Origin: Chiloscyllium plagiosum
Taxonomy: Eukaryota
Direction of reading: 5' to 3'
Length of the DNA: 54,830 nt
Assembly: GCF_004010195.1 (NCBI RefSeq)
Contig: NC_057749.1
Coordinates: 24,554,175-24,609,004, forward strand
A model generated the notes under the pieces. That model was not told the origin of the DNA and did not search any database. It worked only from the letters and a program-made list of their open reading frames with translations. The stretch's first letter is position 1. The number at the start of each line of letters is the position of its first letter. Of this stretch, positions 46,493 through 54,830 are shown piece after piece. Made by a program: the position numbers and the translations under genes.

Positions 46493-46992
46493 TGTGAGAG
46501 GCACTTGCAAATGTTGTTTCTGCAAAAATCGCAAGGCGGAATCATGAGGGTGAATATCAAGAAATAACTAACTGAAAAGGGAGGTGGTCGACTGGTAGAA
46601 ACAGATGTATTGACATGACAGTTGCAATTGTCATGCACGTGGGGAGTTAGTACGACCAAGATAACCAAGTAAGACCCAGTGTTGCGTCAGCAAAGGTAAT
46701 AAGACTCAGCTAACAAGGGGGGTGGGGGTGGGGTTTGCACGCCAGCAACAGGCCACAGACAGATGTAGTAAACCAACTAGATTAGCTATTGCACAGAGCA
46801 ATACAACTATCACGTATGAGGTAAAAGGGGAGTACCGAGAGACTCAACTGAACTGTATAAATTATAATGTAACCTTTTGATCGGGGTGCCTACTCGTTAG
46901 ACACCGTCTTGCAAGAACATTTCAATAAAAGTTGCTGCTTTAGAATTTGACTCAGACTGAAATTTATTGATATGTGAGCTTTGTTTCTCACA
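46493..46992 (+). mobile_element. Solo LTR, 500 bp (ERV- or Gypsy-like)
   Basis: TGTGAGA...TCTCACA termini; TATAAA 46856-46861; AATAAA 46924-46929; 4-bp TSD gtct/atct; interrupts a CR1 tail (cagccgtg|..|atcttgctgaatg). Confidence 0.82.
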
Positions 46993-47060
46993 ATCTTGCT
47001 GAATGACTGAGCAAACTCGAGGGACTGAATGGCCTACTCCTTGTTTTTATGTGCCAAAGA

Positions 47061-47397
47061 TGGGGTGACATGGTGGTTAACACTGCTGCCTCACAACACC
47101 AGGGAGTCAGGTTCAATTCCAACCTTGGGCAACTATCTGTGTGGACTTTGCACATTCGCCCTGTGGCTGTGTGGGTTCTCTCTCAGTGCTCCAGTTTCCT
47201 CCCACTGTCTAGGTGGATTGGCCATGCTAAATTGTCCCATAGTGTTCAGGGATGTAGGCTATATGGATTAGCCATGGGGAATGCTGGGTTACAGGGATAG
47301 GCTATTGGGTGTGGGTCTGGCTGGTATGCTCTTCAGTGGGTCGGCATGAACTCGATGGGCCAAATGGCCTGCCTCCACATTGTAGGGACTCTATGAA
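47061..47397 (+). mobile_element. HE1-type V-SINE
   Basis: Diverged head, V-domain and tail. Confidence 0.85.
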
Positions 47398-48299
47398 TCT
47401 AAGAGCTCACGTCGAATGACTCTTCAAAACGTTTACCTTGTTTATCTCTCTCCACAGCCGCTGTCTGATCTGCTGAGTTTCTCCAGCACTTTCTGATTTC
47501 ATTTCAGATTTCCAGTACCCACTTTGCTTTCGTTGCATCCTGTCAACATCAGTCTTGAAAATTTACAGAGTGCTGGGTGAGAATTTCCTTTGCGATCTCT
47601 CTTCGTCAGCATGTTTTTTTTAAGTCTAAACCTGTTAATGACATTGACATTCTGTGGGAACTCAGATGCACGGCTTCAGATTAAGGCTGTGTTTTGCAAC
47701 GTGTTCCTCCCCTTCTACAGAATACAACCTAATGTTCCAATGGCTTTACAATAACTCTTCAGAGTTGCATTGCCTTTGATCTGTGTAGAATGTACATAAG
47801 AGACAGGATAAGGATCGTGGGAAAAAAGAGATGGAAGCAAGTGCACACTGTTTAACAAGATTGACCTGATGTGAAACAAATACAGTAATTAAGGAAGTGC
47901 AGTTTACCACTTTCGAACAATGCAATCTCAGGATTGTCACCAAGTTGGTGATTTGTAGGAATATTGAGAGCCTGGGAATGGAAGTGCTGAAATAAATACA
48001 CAGCCTGGAACCATGTGGTCTTTTAACACAAATTGTTAGACACTTTTCCCAGTTAATTTTCTCATTCATCAAATAAATTTAACCAAATTCAAAATAGCAG
48101 CTTTGGTCAACTCTTTCTATCTAATAGAAATATATTTAGAAATAAAAATAGATTTAGTTCCAGATCAGTCAGTGAGAATTTTAAATTGGATTGACATTGA
48201 ATGCTGAATTCTGGATCAATGGTGCTGAATGTTTATAGAATTAAATAGAACATGCCAGCGTATGAATTAGAAACAGGAGTAGGGTATTCAATGTTTCTA

Positions 48300-48925
48300 G
48301 CCTGCCTTTTCGCAGGGATGGGGGATTTCAGGACTAGGGAGGATATTTTGAAGGTGAGAGGAGAAAGATTTAAAAACGACATGAGGCGCAATTGATTTTA
48401 CACAGAGGGTGATTAATGTGTGGAGTGAACTTAGAGTCATACAGCAGGGAAACAGATCCTTCAGCCCAACTCGTCCATGCCGACCAGATATCCTGAGTTA
48501 ATCTAGTCCCATTTGCCAGCACCCGGCCCATATCCCTCTAGACCCTTCCTACTCATATATCCATCCAGATGTCTTTTAAAAGTTGTAATTGTACTTGCCT
48601 CCACCACTTCCTCCAGCGGCTCATTCCATACACACACCACCCTCTGTGTGAAACATTTGCCCCTCAGGTCTCTTTTATATCTTACCCCTCTCACCTTAAA
48701 CCTATGCCCTCGAATTTAGGTTTCACAACATCCTTCTAATAAGAAGGAGACCAGAAATGCACACAGTATTCCAGTCTCCAGAAGAAGTGGTTAAATGGTT
48801 GTACAACGTTAACAAGATATTTGGATTAGTTCATGAATACGAAACATTTGGAGGGATATGGGCCAAGTGCAGGCAGGTGGGATTATGGTCAGCATGGATT
48901 GCTTTGTGTGCTGTATGACTGAGAG
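48300..48925. mobile_element. CR1 (+) split by a CR1 (-) at about 48432-48775
   Basis: tggagtgaact|...|tccagaagaagtgg (WSELPEEV) resumes after the insert. Confidence 0.82.
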
Positions 48926-49093
48926 TATGTTATAGAGTGTATGACTCTTTAACATCTAAAGGAAAGTCATTTTGTCCACTTTAAGATAGTGGATAGGTTC
49001 TGGAAGCCAAAAACGGTCAATAGGGGGCTTGACAGGCTACCATGGCAGGTATATGAGGGAGCAGGCACTTTTAGTCTTTGTCTTTGTTGACAG

Positions 49094-49164
49094 GTGGTTG
49101 TACCCTCACAGGGGACAGCCTACAGCTGGTACAGCACCCAGATGGGCCAGGGAGGGTCTCTCAG
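49094..49164 (+). other. Candidate 71-nt exon
   Basis: Acceptor tctttgtctttgttgacAG, donor CAG|GTATTA. Open in all frames (phase 1: GGCTLTGDSLQLVQHPDGPGRVSQ). Not recognised. Confidence 0.3.
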
Positions 49165-49389
49165 GTATTACAATACCATCTCCCTACGAAGACCACATCT
49201 ATATCAAAATGTCTGTGATTTTGAAGACGTTCAAGGTTCTGTGACTGAACTGCTTGAGTGCATCTCTGTCTCACTAAAATATGAAGCAACTCCATCTAAA
49301 TATGACACTGGCCTGAACCAGCTGCCCACCAGAGGCCCTGTCACCTCAGAGGTCTCAATGGAATACACCATCCTATTTACCCCAAGAGA

Positions 49390-49806
49390 CATGCCCCCAC
49401 CCCCATCACTCTGCCAAGGACATGCAGGTCCTGGGCCTCCTCCACCGCCAAACTCTAACCACCCGATGCCTGGAGGAAGAACATTTGCCCCTCAGGTCTC
49501 TTTTATATCTTTCCCCTCTCACCTTAAACCTGTGCCCTCTAATTCTGGACTCTCCCAAAATAGGAAAAAGACCATGTCTATTCACCCTATCCATGCCCCT
49601 CAGGACCCTCCAACCGCACAGCATCAACGTCGATTTTGCCAGTTTCCTCATCTCCCCATTCCCCACCTCATCCCAGATCCAACCCTCCAACTCGACCCTG
49701 CCCTCTTGACCTGTCCATCTTGCTTCCCACCCATCCGCACCACCCTCCTCTCCTACCTATGGATGCTGCCTGACCGGCTGTGCTTTTCCAGCGTCACACT
49801 TATTGA
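49390..49806 (+). mobile_element. Penelope-like 3' remnant with a family A tail, patched with a CR1 piece (about 49482-49602)
   Basis: HSAKDMQVLGLLHRQTLTTRCLEEE...TLQPHSINVDF, then ggatgctgcctgaccggctgtgcttttccagc. Possible 11-bp TSD ctatt(t/g)acccc at 49373-49383 and 49807-49817. Confidence 0.75.
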
Positions 49807-50272
49807 CTATTGACCCCTTGGGCCCAGGACAAGATGGGTATGTCAGGGTTCAAAAGCCAGAGCCTGGAGTCTAAAGGGGACCACTGTGCTCTGGAGGGAG
49901 GAGGGGATGCTCATGGTCTCTGTGCTCGTGTCCCGGTGGGGGAGGGGTAACTGGGGCCGATAGGGTCAGGTTGGGGGCACGTAGCTGCTGCTCTCGGGTG
50001 GAGGGTCAGGGGTCCTAGAATGGGAGCAGCATCAGGATCGTGTGCTTGGAGTCCCTGGCCCTAGCCCTCCCCTACCCCCCCTCTGCTCACTGGCCTCCAC
50101 ACACGTTAGTCCTGCTCACTATTCTCAGGTAATGTGACTGCTGACTATAGTGCAACGCTCCTTCCGCACATCCTCACGTTAACTCAAAGATTAATTATAG
50201 ACCATGTTTTCTTGCTTCCAACCCCCCATATACCTGCGCTCATCCAAAACCTGCTGTCTTTATTCCACATGT

Positions 50273-50790
50273 TATAGAGTCATAGAGGTCTACAGCACTG
50301 GAAAAGACCACTCAGCCCATTGAGTCTGCACAAGTCAAAAACAATCACCGCGTGAGTCTCACCCCATTTCCCAGCACGTGGCCCACAGCCTGGGCACTGC
50401 AAGTGCACATCTAAAGGTTCTCAGGGTTTCTACCTCTCTCCCCCTCCCCTCTCACGCAGGCAGTGAGTTCCAGATTGCCACCATCCTCAAGGGAAGGCGT
50501 TTTCCCCCACATCCCCTCTGAACCTCCTGCTCCTTTCCTTAAATCGAGGCCCCTGCTCATTGCTCCCTCCACCAAGGGGAAAATTTCCTTCCTGCCTACC
50601 CCTCATAACTTCATCCATCTCAACCAGGTCCCCTCTCAATCCCCTCTCCTCCAAGGAAAACAGCGCCAGTCTGTCCAACTTTGTGACTCTCCAGCTCAGG
50701 CAACTTCCTTGTAACCCTCCTCTGCAACCTCTCCAGCGCTTCCACATCTCTCTTCTGATGCGGCTTCCAGAACTATCTCCGAATCCCTGC
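50273..50790 (-). mobile_element. Decayed CR1 3' fragment
   Basis: LDRLALFSLEERGLRGDLVE. Confidence 0.78.
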
Positions 50791-51004
50791 GGCCTGTGAC
50801 TCTAAGCAGATGGACGTACATTGGCCCCTGACCCACCCCGTTCCCCCACCCACTGCCTGAATCTGCTTCGGATGCAGAATTGAATCCTTGCCTGGAGTCA
50901 CGAGGATCACATGTGAACCAGCTCTTCCCCCTCAGTTGGAGTGAAAGATTGTGATGTTTAGAGTTCACGTTAAAGAGAAAACCTGTCTCTCTCACTTGCC
51001 CCCA

Positions 51005-51520
51005 TTGAGTTATAGAGTAATTCAGCACAGAAAAAGGCCCTTCAGCCCATTGATTCTGCATCGGTCAGAAACAACCACCTCACTGTTCTAATCCCATTTT
51101 TCAGCATTTGGTCCATTAGCCTTGGTATCGCAAGTATCTTCAATGTGATGAGGGTCTCTGCCTCTCCCACCCTAACAGGCAGTCAGTTCCAGATTCCCAC
51201 CACCCTCTGGGGGAAAACATTTTCCTCACATTTCTTCCTGCCCCTTTCCTTAAATCGATGCCCCTGCTCATTGCTCCCTTCGGGACAAACGTTTCTTCCT
51301 ACCTACCCCTCATAATTTTACACATCTCAGACATGTCCCCTCTCAATCCCCTCTGCTCAGAGGAAAACAGCCCTAGTCTGTCCAATCCCTCTTCATGATT
51401 GAGACTTGCCAGCCCAGGCAACTTCCTGGTAAACCTCCTCAGCACAGTGCTATTACACCCCTCCTATAATGGAGATTCCAAAATCCTCTCGCTGTGGCCT
51501 AACCAATGTTTTATACAGTT
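51005..51520 (-). mobile_element. Decayed CR1 3' fragment, same subfamily as 50273-50790
   Basis: Colinear similarity to 50273-50790. Confidence 0.75.
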
Positions 51521-51741
51521 CCAGTGTTCACAGCTTTCGTCAATCCATCCTGTAGCTTGCTGAATGTCACTGGCTCCTCACTTATCAATGTTCTCATCCT
51601 CCAATTCATCATCTCTCCTGATCCTGTAATCTCCTCTGACCCCCTAACAGTTCCAAGGTCTCTGTTTCTTGCTCACTCCTTATTTCAATCACTCCAGCGT
51701 TGGTGACCAAGTCTTCAGCTGCCTTGACTCTGAGATCAGGA

Positions 51742-52055
51742 TCGAGAGTGTGGGTACTGGAAAATCAGGCAGCACTTCTTGACCCAAACAGAGCCCGAAT
51801 CCCCAGCTCCTCGGATGTTGCCTGACCTGCTGTGCTTTTCCAGCACCACACTCTCGACACTGATCTCCAGCACCTGCAGTCCTCCCCTTCTCTGAGGTTA
51901 GGACTGCCTTGTTAAGGAGGAAGTGAGGACTGCAGATGCTGGAGATCATAGACTCTGAGGTCAGGATTGAGAGTATGGGCGCTAGAAAAACACAGCTGGT
52001 CAGGCAGCACCCGAGAAGCAGGAAAATCAAAGTTTCAGGCATAAGCCCTTCATTC
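51742..52055. mobile_element. Two adjacent decayed family A elements (about 51742-51890 and 51915-52055)
   Basis: Family A arms and tails; approximate TSD tctgagatcagga / tctgaggttagga around the first. Confidence 0.72.
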
Positions 52056-52061
52056 TCCCTT

Positions 52062-52192
52062 AGAGTCATAAAGATGTACAGCATGGAAACAGACCCTTCG
52101 GTCCAACCCGTCCATGCCGACCAGATATCCCAACCCAATCTAGTCCCACCTGCCAGCACCCGGCCCATATCCCTTCAAACCCTTCCTATTCT
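52062..52192 (-). mobile_element. CR1 3' tail
   Basis: Standard reverse-complement tail. Confidence 0.88.
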
Positions 52193-52704
52193 TGTCTCTT
52201 TTTAAATCAGTCTAAAATGACAAATGATGAAGAATGATTTATTGTCGCAGGTATCTTGAAGACAAGGTGAAAAGTGTTCAGTCGCCACAATCTGAGCTAC
52301 GGGAAGAAATCGCTTCAAAAAAGAGTTCATCTTCTGCTCATATTGGGTCTCACATAAAGGTCCAGGGCTTCTGTGAAGTCCTCGGTGAGTCCCACTCCGG
52401 GAGCAGCAATCTCCCAGAAGACCCTGGCTCTGGTGCCAACACCACCAAGAGTCCAGGCTCTGGGCCAATTGCTGCCAGGAGTTCCCTCTCCAGACGCCTC
52501 ATTGGCTTTTTCTGATCTGGCCTAACAACTCCTTACGTACCTCTGTGTCAAGCTGTTGCCTGTTGACTTGCCCTATTCTGTTTTATTTCACTCATATATG
52601 GGCTGTAGGTGTCATTGGCTAGACCGGCTTTCTTACGGCCTTATTGCCCATCCTTAGTTGCCCAGAGAAGCTGCTTATGCACTGCCTTTTTGATGTGGAG
52701 CAGG

Positions 52705-53010
52705 TACTTCCTCTTGTGGGGCATTCTGGGACGAGAGGCCATAGTCTTAGGATAAGGGGTAACAAATTTCAAACAGAGTCGTAGAGAAACTATTTCCCCC
52801 AAATCTGTGGAATTAGCTATCCCAAAGTGCGGTGGGTGCTGGGACAGTGAGCACATTTAGGAAGGGGTTAGACAGATTTTTAATTGGTCATGGGTCGAAA
52901 GGAAATGGGGAGAAGGCAGGAAAATGGGGGTGAGGAGCATATCAGCCATGATTGAATAGTGGAGCAGACTCGATGGGCTGAATGACCTAATTCTGCTCCT
53001 TTATCTTAGG
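52705..53010 (+). mobile_element. Decayed CR1 3' fragment
   Basis: cagccatgattgaatagtggagcagactcgatgggctgaatgacct tail. Confidence 0.75.
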
Positions 53011-53023
53011 GATTTAAGTACAT

Positions 53024-53370
53024 CATAGAATTCCCACAGTGTAGAAGGAGACAAGACGGCCTATTGAGTCTGCACCCACCCTCTGAAGAGCATCCCACAC
53101 AGGACTAGCCCTCAATGCTATCCCCTTAAAACCCGTATCTCCCATGGCTAACCCACCTAGCCTGCACACTATGGGCAATTTAACATGACCTATCTACCTA
53201 ATCTGCACACCTGTGGACTGTGGGAGGAAACTGGAGCACCTGGTGGAAACCAACACAGACACGCGGAGAACATGCAAACTCCACACTGAGCGTCACTCAA
53301 GACTTGAATCGAACCTGGGTCCCTGGTGCTGTGCGGCAGCAGTGCTAACCACTAAGCCACCGTGTCACCC
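53024..53370 (-). mobile_element. HE1-type V-SINE
   Basis: Reverse-complement head, V-domain and tail. Confidence 0.88.
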
Positions 53371-53459
53371 CTCCCCTCCTTGTAGTCTTTGGTGAGAAGT
53401 ATCTTGGGACTTCTTACTGTGCTAAAAGCACTATATAAATGCAATTCCTTATCGAGCCT

Positions 53460-53724
53460 TGTAATGCAATGTGTTTAATTAAGATTTGGGGGATATGTGG
53501 TAAAAGAGGGTGAACGCTGACTGTATTATACACTAATAAGACACAGTGTACATCATCACAGGAAGTGACACAATGTCACATGACCTTGCTCTCTACCTTG
53601 CAGCCTCATGGCAAGATAAAACCACCAGGAAGAAGTTAGATAAATAAAATGGATGTTTTCATTGTCACAATCAGCAGGCTCTGCAAATATTTTTTAGCAG
53701 CACAGTAAGGTCAGGAATATCATA
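53460..53724 (+). mobile_element. Possible decayed solo LTR, about 265 bp
   Basis: Starts TGTAAT, ends ATCATA, internal AATAAA, flanked by agcct/aacct. Confidence 0.38.
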
Positions 53725-53840
53725 AACCTTCCTTTCTAATTGCCCCATGGATGACTTATGGCTGAGTGTGTGAGATTCCAGCAGATTTTTAAAGTATACG
53801 TTTGAGAAGGTTTCACAATCATCTGTTCCGATCGTATGAG

Positions 53841-54121
53841 TGGCACAGTGGTTAGCACTGCTGCCTCACAGCGCCAGAGACCCGGGTTCAATTCCTGCCT
53901 CAGGCAACTGTCTGTGTGGAGTTTGCACGTTCTCCCTGTTTCTGTGTGGGTTTGCTCTGGGTGCTCCGGTTTCCTCCCACAGTCCAAAGATGTGCAGGTC
54001 AGGTGAATTGGCCATGCTAAATTGCCCATAGTGTTAGGTGACGAATGGGTCTGGGTGGGTTGCTCTTCAGAGGTTCGGTGTGGACTTGCCTGTTTCCACA
54101 CTGTGAGCAAGTAATCTAATC
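53841..54121 (+). mobile_element. HE1-type V-SINE
   Basis: Head, V-domain and tail. Confidence 0.9.
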
Positions 54122-54669
54122 ACATCAAGCAGGAAATGAGAAGCACGTTTTAAGCGTCTGTTCATGATGGCAGCCCGAGGATGGACCCCCTGCCTAACAA
54201 TCAGAAACCAAGCAGCTGCTCTTTCAGGAGCCACCTCCCTTCTGTTTGACATGTGCAGAGATAAACAGAGATTGTGAAAATTAACATTCACGTCCGTGTT
54301 CACAATTGCTGCCATTGCTGATCAGAAAGATCTCCAAGCTTCATTACATTTATCCATGGGTGAACAGATAATGAAGGTGGCAGTCAGTTGAGCCCAAAAG
54401 GGGCACTCATATTTTTCTGTGCAGTTACTATGGGAACATTGGGAGATCAGTGTATTGAGGCTGTTATCTGTGGTCCAATAGATTTGTTACTATACTCGGG
54501 CCTGAGATCTGAAAACATTGTAACCCCCATGGTGTGACCCTGTCCAGCCTGATTCCAAACCACATATTTACACGTTTGCTAGAGGGATTTGTGTTTTAAG
54601 ATGCTGGAACTGTTTTGAAAACAATTTTCAATTTGCGTGCAGGGAATTTCCAGAAATGCGTGGCATGAT

Positions 54670-54728
54670 AGTGTTTGTGTGTGGGAGAGAGAGAGTGTGA
54701 ATGTGTGTGTGAGGGGGTGTGCATGCTT

Positions 54729-54760
<32 letters not shown>

Positions 54761-54830
54761 CAGGGTGAATATGTGCACATGCACATCTGTGGGTGTGGGA
54801 TGGTATGTGTGTGTGGGGGGGGTGGGGGGT
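54670..54830. repeat. (TG)n/(GA)n low-complexity tract
   Basis: Visible dinucleotide runs. Confidence 0.9.

Noticed and set aside
49094..49813. 239-aa ORF
   Set aside because: A chimera of unique sequence, a Penelope remnant and a CR1 patch; non-ATG start.
54125..54430. Conserved non-coding element
   Set aside because: Repeat-free, but conservation cannot be judged from one sequence.

Overview
Eukaryotic, repeat-dense intronic or intergenic DNA from a cartilaginous fish (shark). This is inferred from about 16 HE1-type (V-SINE) copies, abundant CR1/HER1-type LINE fragments and Penelope-like elements; the N-gaps point to a draft assembly. No intact host gene can be supported. Nearly all ORFs in the track are LINE, SINE or microsatellite by-products, and only a few low-confidence + strand micro-exon candidates remain. 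The most notable structure is a Penelope-like (PLE) system. It includes one 5'-truncated GIY-YIG element (1439-3211) with inverted pLTRs and a 12-bp TSD, and two other PLE ORF remnants. There are also about 12 short (100-270 bp) ORF-less, self-inverted elements from three families; the eight best-preserved copies have 11-16 bp TSDs. These are built around minimal hammerhead ribozyme cores (CUGANGA-stem II-GAAAC-RUH), and some carry DNA copied from a few hundred bp away. Also present are a 500-bp solo LTR, TcMar-like MITEs, five minisatellites (two clearly and one probably born inside transposons), nested insertions and local duplications. Coordinates of old, decayed repeats are approximate (about +/-20 bp); TSD and ribozyme coordinates were counted from the sequence.
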